Origin: an uncultured Actinomycetota bacterium
Lineage (GTDB): Bacteria > Actinomycetota > Actinomycetes > Mycobacteriales > Mycobacteriaceae
Assembly (NCBI GenBank): GCA_963753095.1
Contig: CAVWBC010000009.1
Coordinates: 35,417-99,416, forward strand
Direction: 5' to 3'
Length of the DNA stretch: 64,000 nucleotides
The number at the start of each line of letters is the position of its first letter. Positions within the stretch are counted from its first letter, which is position 1. Below, piece by piece: positions 46,669 to 57,607 of this stretch. The position numbers were made by a program, and so were the translations under genes. The notes under the pieces were generated by a model. It had not been told where the DNA came from. It was given only the letters and a program-made list of their open reading frames with translations, and did no database searches.

Positions 46669-47577
46669 TTGTCGGTGCAGTGGAGAGAGTTGGCGACGGC
46701 CACCCGGGTCACTCCGGGATCGACGGTGGAACTGACCAAGGACTTCGATCCCGGCCGCCGCGACGAGCAACTCGGAAAGGATGCCGGCACCGCTGCCCTG
46801 GCTGAGGCGGAGGCGGCGCTGCTGGATCTGCAGGACCGCTTCTTCGCCCAGGCCGACCGGTCGCTGCTGATCGTTCTTCAAGGCATCGACGCGGCCGGCA
46901 AGGACGGCACGATCAAACACGTCATGAGCGGCCTGAACCCCGAGGGGGTCGACGTGTACAGCTTCAGGGCGCCCTCGGCCACCGAGCGGGCGCACGACTA
47001 TCTGTGGCGCCATCAGACCGCGCTGCCGGAACTGGGACGCATCGCGGTGTTCAACCGGTCCCACTACGAGAACGTGCTCGTCACCCGTGTCCACCCGGAT
47101 TTGTTGTGGCCGCGCACCGCGGTCCTCGACGCAGACGAGATCTGGCAGCGGCGGTACCGCGACATCAACGATTGGGAGCGCTACCTCACCGACAACGGGA
47201 CGATCATCGTCAAGCTGTTCCTCAACCTCTCCAAGGCTGAACAGAAGCGCCGGTTCCTCGCGCGAATCGACGAGCCCGAGAAGAACTGGAAGTTCTCTGC
47301 TGCCGATCTGCGGGAGCGCTCGTTCTGGGACGACTATCAGCGGGCCTTCGGCGACATGCTCAGCCACACCAGCACCGACTGGGCGCCCTGGCACGTGATC
47401 CCGGCCGACCACAAATGGTTCAGCCACTTGTCGACCTCCGCGGTGCTGCTCCACACCTTACAGGATCTCAACCCGCATTATCCGCAGGTCGATGCCGACG
47501 CCAAAGCCGAACTGGCGCAGGCGAAGAAGGACCTACTGGGCACGGACGCAGACCCGGCCACACAGTCGCCATCGTGA
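46669..47577 (+). CDS. ppk2: Polyphosphate kinase 2 family (class III-like)
   Basis: QGIDAAGKDGTIKHV, NPEGV..SFRAPS..ERAHDYLWR, FNRSHYENVLV, KNWKFS..DL.ER, APWHVIPADHKW. Confidence 0.9.
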   Translation: MSVQWRELATATRVTPGSTVELTKDFDPGRRDEQLGKDAGTAALAEAEAALLDLQDRFFAQADRSLLIVLQGIDAAGKDGTIKHVMSGLNPEGVDVYSFRAPSATERAHDYLWRHQTALPELGRIAVFNRSHYENVLVTRVHPDLLWPRTAVLDADEIWQRRYRDINDWERYLTDNGTIIVKLFLNLSKAEQKRRFLARIDEPEKNWKFSAADLRERSFWDDYQRAFGDMLSHTSTDWAPWHVIPADHKWFSHLSTSAVLLHTLQDLNPHYPQVDADAKAELAQAKKDLLGTDADPATQSPS

Positions 47578-47873
47578 CCGCCGGTCGTCATCGCCACGAC
47601 CCTCTACGTCAAACCCTGGGACGTCAGCGGTCCGCGGCGGGCAACCCGAACGGGTGCTCCGGGACTGAGGCTGCGATATCGGGACGTTGCGATTCGCCAC
47701 TCGGCCCGCGGCCGCCGCCACTACTACTGGCCGCCAGACCAGGACTCGACGTGATGCTGATTACGCGGACCGCTTCACCGCGGACCCAGACACGCGAAAC
47801 CCTCAGGGCGGGACGGAAGTGCCTGGGCATGAGACCCTCAAAGCCCGCCTGCGGCTCCGACGGGTAGCAATGG

Positions 47874-50800
47874 TCAGCCGGAAAATCGGACGGTGGTGCC
47901 GGGCGTCAGCGCAACGACGCGACCATGGCATTCCACGTCAACTGCGCCGACGTCGCGCGGATCCACGCTGATGATCACACCTTTGCCGCTGACCCGAAGG
48001 TGCAGATGCAGGCCGCGATAGTGAATCGGAACTGCCAGCACGCCCAGTGTTTCCGGCCAATGCGGGGAGAGGATGATCCGGTCGGAACGGGTCTCCAGCC
48101 CGGTGAAGCAGCGCTGCATGAGGTCGACGCTGCCAGCCATCGCCGCGAGGTGAATACCCTCGGCCGTGGTGCCACCCTGGATATCGGACACGTCTGACGT
48201 CAGAGCCTGTTGGAAGAACTCCATGGCACGATGCCGGTTGGCGCGGGCAAGCACCCAGCTGTGCACCACACCACTGAGCGTGGATCCGTGCGATGTGCGG
48301 GCCATGTAGTAGTCGACCATCCTCGGAATCTGCTCGTGCATGAAGCGGTAGCCGAGCCGGTCGAGTAGCTCACCCAACTCGTCCGACGACATCAGATACA
48401 GCAGCATCAACGCGTCGGCCTGCTTCGACGCCTTGTAGCGATTGACGTCGTCGTCCTCGGCCTCCAAGATGCGGTCGAGGCGCTGGATGTTGCCGTATCT
48501 CTCGCGGTAGCGGTCCCAATCCAGTTCCTCGAGCTCGCCGTAGCCTTCGAACTGACTGATGACATCCCCGCCGGGCTCCGGCCCGGCGCTTGGGGCAGAG
48601 TGGAACGGGACGAACATCCGTCGGCTCACCTGCTTCCCAGTGCGCCAGTTCATCGCTGCGCAGTCCGAGCGTTTCCCGCAGATCGAGGCGGTTCGGCAGC
48701 GGCAGCAGATTCAGGGCGTCGAAGGCCCGCATGATCACCCAGACCGCCATCACGTTCGTATACGCGTTGTTGTCGATGCCGTCGTACGGCGCGCTTGGAT
48801 AGCCCGAGTGGAATTCATCGGGCCCGATGACGCCCCGGATGCTGTAGCGATCGCGCTCTTCGTCGTAGCTGGCCCTGCTGACAAAGAAGCGTGCGATCTC
48901 CGCCAGCATCTCCGCGCCGTAGTCGATCAGATACGCGAGATCGCCCGTGACCTGGTAGAACTTCCACGCGTTGTACGCGACGGCGATGCCGATGTGCTGT
49001 GCGCGGGCGCTGGAATCGGGGTTCCACCGACCGCTGCGCGGATTGAGGTGCAGCAGTGGGCTTTCCTCGCGCCCGTCGCTGCCGGACTGCCACGGGAACA
49101 TCGCACCGGCATAGCCGGCCGCCGCGGCGGCATGCCGAGCCTCCGGCAGTCGCCGGTAGCGGTATCGCAACAGGGAGCGGGTGATCATGGGCAGCCGCAG
49201 GTTGAGCACCGGGAAGATGAACAGCTCGTCCCAGAAGATGTGGCCGCGATACGCCTCACCGTGCAGTCCGCGCGCCGGCACCCCGACGTCGAGGTCGGAA
49301 GCGTTAAGCGAAACCGTCTGCAGCAGATGCAACAGATGCAGTCGCAGAATGCGCAATTCGTCTGTGAAGTCATCGAACTCGATGGATAGCCGCTCCCACA
49401 GATGGACCCACTCGGTCAGGTGCCCGTCGAGTAGATGTGCGAACCGGCCGAGTCGGCTCAGCCGGCGCTGGGCGTCGACAGCTGGTTCGGACGTCGCGAC
49501 ATCGCGCCCCGTGTAGAGGGTCACCACCTTCTCTACCGTCAACGCCTCACCGACTGACAGCCGTACAGCGATGTCGTGACCGATTTCAGCGGACTCGTCG
49601 AACAAGACGATAAGACAGCCGGGACGGGCTCGCCATCGCGCCACACGGTGCTTCGCGCCGCCATCGCGATGGGAATGCGAGACTGGGTCGTCTGCACCGC
49701 CAAGAGCACCGAATTGCCCGAGATCTCCCGCTTGTCCAGTAGTTCGAGATGGTTGTCGGCCAAGTCGCGGTAACGCTCGACCAGCGCGTTGCGGACGTTG
49801 CCGTCCAGCGTCGAGCGAACCTCGATCGTCCCTGACCAATCCTCGGCAACGATCGTGGTCGCAAGCGCACCAACGTGCGGCATGTGCATCGCGACGAATC
49901 GTTGTTGTGTCAGTGAACTCGTGCGGCCGGCGTCATCGGTGAAGCGGACCTCGCGCGTCAGAACCGCGCCGCGAAGATCAAGAGTCTGCCGGTAGGACAA
50001 CACCCTGACCGCGTCGATGTCGAACCAGTTGCCGCCGTCGATCCGGAAGGTCAGCGCAAGCCAGTTGGGCAGGTTCACCAGACTCTCGTTGTCGATCGTG
50101 GTGCCCGATACGTCGTCGACGAGACGGTTGTACACCCCGGCGGCATAGGTGCCCGGGTAGTGCACCTGCCCGGCCTTCGACTCCGGCGCGGCACCCCGGG
50201 TGGCGAAATAGCCGTTCCCTACCGTGCATAACGCCTCGCGGAGCTTCTCGCTCGGCGGGTCATATCCGTCGAAGGTGAAATCCCAGGCCTCGCCCGACGC
50301 TTGATTCTTGTACGCCAGCCACTGCGACCCACGCTGGACGAACTCGCGCACCTGATCGGGACTGGCCAGGGTGAAATGGGCGGCGGTCTTGCGGTCGCCG
50401 TCCTCATCGTGCCGCACGACGATCCCGATCCCGTCGAATTGAACCGCGTCGAAAGCGTCTTCGTCGGTCAGGTCGTCGCCGATGTAGATCGGTAGCAGGG
50501 AACCGGCCCCGTCGACGCGGTCGAGAATCCAGGCCAGAGTGGTTCCTTTGTCCCAGTCGATGTCCGGTCGCAGCTCGACGAGCATGCGCCCGCTTGTAAC
50601 CCGTAAGTCATCTCGCTGTCCGAGCCGGTGCGTCGCGGCGACGATCTCGCCGACATGTTCGGGTGCGACCTCGCGGTAGTGCACCGCGACGGCGAAGCGC
50701 TTGTGCTCCACCCGTACACCCGGAATGTGCGCCAGGGTATCGCGTAGCTCACCGGCCGCGCGCTCGAGGACCGGCACGACCGCGGCTGCCGCGTCGTTCT

Positions 50801-51536
50801 GGTGGTATGTACCGTCGGGTCCCGTCAGCTCGAACCCGTGGCTGCCGGCGTACCAGATCCCTTGTGCGCCAACGCGGTTGCGGATGTCCGCGAGGTCGCG
50901 GCCGCTCAGGACGGCCACGGGGCACACCGCCGAGACGAGTTCCAGCGCCTCGGCCGCGCCGTCAACGAGCCCGGCCGCGGCGGGATCGGACACGATCGGG
51001 GACAACGTTCCGTCGTAGTCGAGAAACAACATCGACTGTCGGGCCCTGGTGACGCCGACGAGCTGACCGTAGGATTCCAGCGCATTCGGGAGTTCGGACA
51101 TGCGCTTGTCCCCTGCCCGAACCGCGACGTCGGCCAGGTCGGCCAGCACGACGTCGGCTCCGCACCGCAACAGTGTGTCGGTGTCTCCGGTCCGGTCGAT
51201 ACCGATGACGAGTGCGAATCCGCCGTCTTGACCCGCACTGACCCCGGCGTCGGTGTCCTCGACGACGACCGTGCGTTGCGGGCTGACACCGAGTCGGCGC
51301 GCGGCCTCCAGACTGTCGACGCAGACATCGAACAGGTCATCTACCCCGGCAGCTTTCAACACGTGCTGACAGTGCGGGCTCGAGGCGTGGGCCGCCGTTG
51401 CGACGCCGCCGCCGTGGCACTTTCGCGCCAGGGCGACCGTCGCCTCGAAGAGCGTCGCGTCGTCGATCAGCGCACCGTCGAGGTCGAAGATCACCGCGTC
51501 GTGGTATCGGGGGTCGATGGTTACCGGCAGCTTCAC
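47874..51536 (-). CDS. otsB1: OtsB1/Rv2006-like HAD + trehalose-phosphatase + GH65 fusion, frameshifts near 49610 and 48630
   Basis: IDPRYHDAVIFDLDG; FLDYDGTLSPI...WDKG...IGDDLTDEDAF; EALCTVGNGY, ARGLHGEAYRGHIFWDE, GPDEFH, KQAD, HGSTLS, EGIHLAAM. Confidence 0.88.
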
Positions 51537-51594
51537 CGCGCCGCTCCGTGCCGGCACCGTTCCAGCGCTGGGCGGCAAGGCAATCCGGCGGAAT

Positions 51595-53991
51595 TCATTG
51601 CACCGGAACGAGCTGTTGCTCCAGCTGCAGCACCTGGCCGGTGGTCTTGACCACCGTGTCGGGATTCAGGCTCATCGAGTCGATGCCGAGGCGGACCAGG
51701 AACTCGGCCATGTCCGGATAATCCGACGGCGCCTGTCCGCACAGGCCTGAGTGGATCCCGTTGCGACGGCAGCCCTCGACGGCCAGGCGAATCATCTCCT
51801 TGACACCGTCGTCGCGCTCGTCGTAGTCGAACGCCACGATCTCGCTGTCGCGATCGACGCCGAGAGTGAGCTGAGTCAGGTCGTTGGAGCCGATGGAGAA
51901 GCCGTCGAAGCGTTTGGCGAACTCGTCGATCAGGATCACGTTGTTCGGGATCTCGCACATCGCGTACACCTTGAGCCCGTTCTCGCCGCGCCGCAGACCG
52001 AGGTCGGCCATCGTCTCAAGGACCAGGTCCGCCTCGGCGACGCGGCGCACGAACGGCAGCATGAGCATGACGTTCGTCAGGCCCATCTCCTCGCGCACCC
52101 GGCGCATCGCGCGGCACTCCAGCGCGAAGCCCTCCGCGTACGCGGGATGCGCATAGCGCGAGGCGCCGCGCCAGCCCAGCATCGGGTTGGCCTCTTCGGG
52201 CTCGAAGGCCGTTCCGCCGACCAGGCTGGCGTACTCGTTGGTCTTGAAGTCCGACATTCGGACCACCACGGGCTTCGGCCAGAAGGCCGCTGCGATGGTG
52301 CCGACTCCTTCGGAGAGGCGCTCCACGAAGAAGGCGCCTCCGTCGGAGTAGCCCTGCGTCAGCCGATCGATCATCCGGCGAGCCTCGGCATCGTCGACCT
52401 TCTCGGGATGGAGCAGGGCCAGGGGATGGACCCTGATGTACTCGTTGATGATGAACTCCATCCGAGCCAGCCCCACGCCGTCGTTCGGGAGGAACGACGT
52501 CTTGAAGGCGAGATCGGGGTTTCCGAGGTTGAGCATGATCTCGGTTCGGGGCCGCGGCATATCCCCGACCTCGGTGCGATCCACGTGGAAGGGCACCTCA
52601 CCCCGATACACCCGCCCCGTATCGCCCTCGGCGCACGACACGGTCACGACCGTGCCGTCAGGGATGGACGTGGTCGCGTCGCCGGCACCCACCACAGCGG
52701 GGATGCCGAGTTCGCGGGAGATGATCGCCGCGTGGCAGGTACGCCCGCCACGGTTGGTGACGATCGCGGCTGCGGTTTTCATGACCGGCTCCCAGTCGGG
52801 GGTGGTGATGTCGGAGATCAGGACCTCGCCGGGCTGAAAATCGGACAGCTCGGCGAGGTGCTCGACCCGTCTGGCCACGCCCGAGGCGATCTTCTCGCCG
52901 ACCGAGCGCCCCTCGGTGAGTATCTCGCCGCTGCCGTCGAGCGCATACCTCTCCAGCGCGGTCACGCTGTGCTGGGAGGCCACCGTCTCCGGGCGGGCTT
53001 GCACGATGTAGAGCTTCCCGTCGAGACCGTCCTTGGCCCACTCCATGTCCATCGGGTGCCCGTAATGTTCCTCGATCGTGCACGCGTAGCCGGCCAGTTC
53101 CAAGACGTCCTCATCAGTGAGGCAGTATCGGGCGCGGTCGGCCTTGGGCGTCGGGATGTTGCGCGTCGTGTACTTCGTCTCACCCTCGACGAAGATCATC
53201 TTCACCGCCTTGTCGCCGATGAGTCGGCGCAGCACGGCGCGGTGGCCGGCCAGAAAGGTGGGCTTGTGGACGTAGAACTCGTCGGGATCGACGGCGCCCT
53301 GAACGACGTTCTCGCCGAGGCCGTAGGCGCCCGTGATGAACACGGCGTCGCGAAAGCCCGACTCGGTGTCGAGGGAGAACATCACGCCCGACGAGGCGAG
53401 GTCGGAGCGCACCATCTTCATCACGCCGATCGACAGCGAGACCTTGAAATGGTCGAAGCCCTGATCGATGCGGTAATGGATGGCGCGATCGGTGAACAGG
53501 CTGGCGAAACACCGGCGGCATGCGTCGAGGAGACTCTCGGCGCCCTTGATGTTGAGATAGGTGTCCTGTTGGCCGGCGAAACTCGCCGTCGGTAGGTCTT
53601 CGGCCGTCGCCGAGCTTCGTACCGCGAGACTGACCTCCTCGCCGTACTCGTCCTGAAGCTTGCGATACGCGTCGAGTATCTCCGCGGCCAGGTCGTCCGG
53701 GAGCCCGGCGCCGTAGACGATCTCACGGGCGCGCTTGGCCTTGCGCGCCAGCGTGGTGACGTCGGTCGGGTCGATTTCGTCGAGCTCGGCGTGCAGCGGA
53801 TCCCAGGCGCCCGCGCTTTCCAACATGTAGCGGTAGGCCTCGGCGGTGGTGGCGAACCCGTTCGGGATGCGGACACCCTGCCCGGCCAGCTTCTGGTACA
53901 TCTCGCCCAGCGAGGCGTTTTTACCGCCGACGAGCGGCACGTCGGCGATGCCGATCTCCTCGAAGAAGCGGACGTATTTGGGCATGCTCAT
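51595..53991 (-). CDS. ppsA: Phosphoenolpyruvate synthase
   Basis: VGGKNASLGEM, AVRSSATAEDLP.ASFAGQQ, GGRTCHAAI (phospho-His), GVGLARMEF, FSIGSNDLTQ, CGQAPSD. Confidence 0.95.
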   Translation of the reverse strand: MSMPKYVRFFEEIGIADVPLVGGKNASLGEMYQKLAGQGVRIPNGFATTAEAYRYMLESAGAWDPLHAELDEIDPTDVTTLARKAKRAREIVYGAGLPDDLAAEILDAYRKLQDEYGEEVSLAVRSSATAEDLPTASFAGQQDTYLNIKGAESLLDACRRCFASLFTDRAIHYRIDQGFDHFKVSLSIGVMKMVRSDLASSGVMFSLDTESGFRDAVFITGAYGLGENVVQGAVDPDEFYVHKPTFLAGHRAVLRRLIGDKAVKMIFVEGETKYTTRNIPTPKADRARYCLTDEDVLELAGYACTIEEHYGHPMDMEWAKDGLDGKLYIVQARPETVASQHSVTALERYALDGSGEILTEGRSVGEKIASGVARRVEHLAELSDFQPGEVLISDITTPDWEPVMKTAAAIVTNRGGRTCHAAIISRELGIPAVVGAGDATTSIPDGTVVTVSCAEGDTGRVYRGEVPFHVDRTEVGDMPRPRTEIMLNLGNPDLAFKTSFLPNDGVGLARMEFIINEYIRVHPLALLHPEKVDDAEARRMIDRLTQGYSDGGAFFVERLSEGVGTIAAAFWPKPVVVRMSDFKTNEYASLVGGTAFEPEEANPMLGWRGASRYAHPAYAEGFALECRAMRRVREEMGLTNVMLMLPFVRRVAEADLVLETMADLGLRRGENGLKVYAMCEIPNNVILIDEFAKRFDGFSIGSNDLTQLTLGVDRDSEIVAFDYDERDDGVKEMIRLAVEGCRRNGIHSGLCGQAPSDYPDMAEFLVRLGIDSMSLNPDTVVKTTGQVLQLEQQLVPVQ

Positions 53992-54615
53992 GATCTGTCC
54001 TTCTGTGGCTCGTCAAAGCATTCGGCGCCGATGGTCCCGAACCGCATGTGGTGTGGGCCGAGATCGCCCGGTGTCGTTGCCGTCGTTGCCCGACAACGCC
54101 GTTGGGCTGCCAGGGACGCGCCAGGAGTATTACGCCGTCGGAGTGGTGGGTGAAGATCGAGCGGCCGGCCGACCGTCGCAGTGTCGGTGCTGTCGGATCC
54201 CCGCACGCCCCGCGTCCGTACCCGGCAGCCGTCACCATCGTCGGGCGTATGCCACACGTGCCAACCTCGCACAGCCCGACACCCGCAGACAGGGCCGAAG
54301 GTCACCACATCGATGACATCCGACGATCCCGCCAAGCGGGCCCCGGCCCAAGTGGTGCGATCGACCCGGTTGTCGTGGAGGCGTCGCCGCACGTGGCGGG
54401 TAGGGCTGCGGGCATGACTGTCACTGACCCAAAGGGAGTTTCGCCAACGCTAACAAAGCCCAGGGCGTGGGCCGGACAGCTGGAGAGCGTCCGCGAGCCG
54501 GTAACGGCCGAGGCGGTCAACACCGCGTTCGGGCCGCCGCCGACCGTCGCGACCCCCGATCAGGCAAGCCCAGGGAATCAAAGCAACAGGGTGAAACTTC
54601 TTCAGACGCGCGGCA

Positions 54616-54985
54616 CTAGGCCCGAAAGCGCCTGCCGCTGATTCGCCGGAAGGCGGCTTCGATGCCGAAGGCCAGCGCCACCATCCCGGCGAGGAACGTG
54701 CACGCGCCGAGACTGCTCTTGGCGACAAGGGTGCCGAGTGCCCCCACGCACGCCGCAGCGGCGAGCATGGAGATCCAGGGCCGTGGCGATCCGCGGCGCC
54801 GCGCGGTGCGCGCTTCGGCTGCATTCACCACGGCGAAGATGACAAGGAAACCGGCGCTGCCCATGGTGGAGATCCTGCCGAGGTTCAGCAGGTTCGCGAT
54901 CAAGACGGTCGATCCCGCAGTGATGAGCAGTCCTTCGAGGGGCTGATTCCAGATCTTCCGTTCCAGCTCGCCGGCTTCGGAACGA
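54616..54985 (-). pseudogene. C-terminal remnant of an APC-family amino-acid permease
   Basis: GELERKIWNQPLEGLLIT...ANLLNLGRISTMGSAGFLVIFAVVN plus two TM helices; no N-terminal part. Confidence 0.6.
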
Positions 54986-55088
54986 TTCCGGTTTCCCCAG
55001 CCATCGAGGAGCGCGGCATCGACGCTTCCCGCGCCGATACCCGCATATCGCGACATCCCCACCGGAACCGTTGGTCCTCGCAACCCCG

Positions 55089-55466
55089 TCAGCGGTGCTG
55101 AGGTTCGGTGGCCTTCGGCGTGTCGGGTGTCGGCGAGTCTGGATCCAACTCTTTGGCACGAGCCCTCTGCGCCTCGAGTTCGTCACGCCAGGTGGCTGCT
55201 TCGCCGCGGCGGGCGGCGGCTTGTTGTTGCAGGCCCGACGCCTGGGTCTCCCAGACGCCTGCTTCGGTCTCGGCGGCGCGGGCCTTGGCGGCAGCTCCGT
55301 CGGCCAATGCCTCGTGCTGTCTGACGGGCAGGGCTTCTTCCTTCGCGGCCTCGCGGATGTTGGCTTCCATGTGGTGCTTGCTGCGCGCCAGCCACACAAG
55401 CCCTGCGATGAGCACAAGTGCCGCGACCGTGGCGACGACGATCCAAGCACTCGCGCTGGTGGTCAT
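55089..55466 (-). CDS. Small membrane-anchored coiled-coil protein
   Basis: N-terminal TM, Ala/Glu/Arg heptads, ends ELDPD; AAGGA RBS. Confidence 0.7.
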   Translation of the reverse strand: MTTSASAWIVVATVAALVLIAGLVWLARSKHHMEANIREAAKEEALPVRQHEALADGAAAKARAAETEAGVWETQASGLQQQAAARRGEAATWRDELEAQRARAKELDPDSPTPDTPKATEPQHR

Positions 55467-57358
55467 GCCGGTTCCTTGGTTTGATTGAGCGTGGTCGATG
55501 GGTCTACCGGTGGCCAGTAGCTGTGCTCACCGCAATCGCGTCGATTGGGGAGCGACCCGGCGCGGTGGTCAGCCAGTGGGGCTGTCCAGTGAAGGTGGGT
55601 GCCGCCGGCAGGTGGTGAACCGATCGTGCAGTGCCCGCCGACCTGTTCGGCGCGTCGACGCATGTTCGCCAGGCCGCTGTGGCGTCGATTGTCGGGCGGG
55701 ATGCCGTTGCCGTTGTCGGTGATGTCTATGGCGAGTTCATCAGCAACGGCGACCTTCACGGTCAGTCCGGTCCCACCCGAGTGACGGACGGCATTGCTGA
55801 TGGCTTCCATGATGACCGCCTCGGCATGTCCGGCCACGACGTCACCGATGACAGTCAGTGGCCCGGAGATCTGCAAAGTTGTGGTGATGTCCCGGCTGTC
55901 GGTCATATCGGCTACCGCTTGCTGTATCCGTTGGCGAAACGAGCGGGCCTGACCTGGCGGAGATTGAAGACCGAAGATCGCGGTCCGGATGTCTTCGATG
56001 ATGGCCTGCAGGTCGGACAGCGTCCGGTTGAGCCGGTCGGTCACCTCGGGAGAGCGCGAACGGGCGACGGTGCCTTGCACGTCCATGCCGACGGCGAACA
56101 CCCGCTGGATGACGAGGTCGTGCAAGTTGTGCGCGATCCGCTCGCGATCGGCCAGTACCATCAGTTCACGGGCGCTTGCCAGGGTCAGGGCGACCTCAGC
56201 ATGGCCGGCGAACTCGCTCATCAACTCGAGGTCACGAGCGTCGAACGCCGGTCGGTCCGTGCCGCGCGCCACCGCGATGACACCGATAACCGTGTCCTGG
56301 CAACGCAATGGCACGACGATCGCGGGCCGTTGGCCGACGCCTGCGAATGCCCGGATCGGGTGCCGAAACGATTCGGCGATCAACGGTGTGCCGGAGCGGA
56401 ACACCTCACCAGTGGTCGACCGTGCTACCGGGACCAGCTGACCGATCACCTCGTTGGCATGTCGGCCAACGGCAGTCGACACGACCAATGTGTCGACTTG
56501 CTGCGCTGGGAGGTCGGCGTCGTCGGGGATGAGCACGATCACCTCCTCGGCGTCGGTCAACGCGCATACGCGGTCGGCGATCAGTTGCAGGGGCCGCGGG
56601 TGAGGTTCCACGTCCGACAAGACGGCGGTGGTGATGGCACGGCCGGCTTCGATCCACGTGGCCGTCGTGATGGCACGGTCGAACAGTTGGGCGTTCTCGA
56701 TGGCCACCGCTGCCGCGGAAGCCACTGCGCGAGCATCGATTTCATCCGCCTCCGTGAACCCTTGTCCGGACCGACTGTCGGTCAGGTACAGGGTGGCGAA
56801 TATGGTGTTCCGGATCGTGATCGGAACACCGAGTGCGTTGCGGGCCGGTGCGTGACGCTGGGGGAATCGCACCGCAGCCCGGTCTGCATTCGAGTCGTTG
56901 CGGCTCAACGACTCAGGCTGGTTCCCAGGCACACCGAGAACACCCTTGCCGGCAGGCAGCTGGCCGGTCCGTGGCGTCAATTCCGGCGACATCCCCGCAC
57001 GCAGAAGCGACGTTATGGTGCCATCTGGACCGCGGACACCGAGCGCGCCATGGCGGGCTCGAGTCAACTCCATCGCCGCCGTGACTACACGACGCAGGGT
57101 GGCATCGAGATCGAGATCGGAGCCGATATCGACGATGACGCGACGGAATCGCTCCGTCTGGGCGCGAGCCGCCGGCAATTCGTCGAGTTGCCCGAATGGC
57201 GGCACGTCCTGTGGTGCGTCGCATCCTTGTTCGCGCGCGAAGCCGCTTTCTTCGGTCGTCATCACGGGAATCGCGTCGCGCTCAAAGCGTGCGGTCCGCT
57301 GCGCGTCCGTCTCGGGCGCTACCACGTCGGTGCAGTCGAGTTGGATATCGGTAACCAC
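55463..57358 (-). CDS. DosS/DosT-like double-GAF histidine kinase with an N-terminal SigH-like remnant
   Basis: DLDLDATLRRVV..A.EL..ARHGALGV, FPQRH, DRERIAHNLHDLVIQR (HisKA_3), EAISNAVRH, DNGNG, SGLANM; alternative start at ATG 57262. Confidence 0.85.
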   Translation of the reverse strand: MVTDIQLDCTDVVAPETDAQRTARFERDAIPVMTTEESGFAREQGCDAPQDVPPFGQLDELPAARAQTERFRRVIVDIGSDLDLDATLRRVVTAAMELTRARHGALGVRGPDGTITSLLRAGMSPELTPRTGQLPAGKGVLGVPGNQPESLSRNDSNADRAAVRFPQRHAPARNALGVPITIRNTIFATLYLTDSRSGQGFTEADEIDARAVASAAAVAIENAQLFDRAITTATWIEAGRAITTAVLSDVEPHPRPLQLIADRVCALTDAEEVIVLIPDDADLPAQQVDTLVVSTAVGRHANEVIGQLVPVARSTTGEVFRSGTPLIAESFRHPIRAFAGVGQRPAIVVPLRCQDTVIGVIAVARGTDRPAFDARDLELMSEFAGHAEVALTLASARELMVLADRERIAHNLHDLVIQRVFAVGMDVQGTVARSRSPEVTDRLNRTLSDLQAIIEDIRTAIFGLQSPPGQARSFRQRIQQAVADMTDSRDITTTLQISGPLTVIGDVVAGHAEAVIMEAISNAVRHSGGTGLTVKVAVADELAIDITDNGNGIPPDNRRHSGLANMRRRAEQVGGHCTIGSPPAGGTHLHWTAPLADHRAGSLPNRRDCGEHSYWPPVDPSTTLNQTKEPA

Positions 57359-57607
57359 GGCGATCGCTACGATCAGCTTCCGGTGTTCGCGGCGGAACTG
57401 AGCCGACCGCCGCAGACCGTGTAGGTATCGCGCTCGCATCTCACCGACGGCATCCAGCCTGCGAAGGGCTGGGAAGGGTGAGACGGTTCAGTCGCGGTGT
57501 GGGCCGGCATGGTGACTCCAATCATCGGAACGAAGAGTTGTCATGCGCCACAAGTGGGTGATCGCGGCGTGGTTGCTGGCCGGGGCAGGACACCGGGCGA
57601 CCGTGGA

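Noticed and set aside
47578-47873. Possible gene remnant between ppk2 and otsB1
   Set aside because: Only a short hydrophobic stretch (VVIATTLYVKPW); no assignable family
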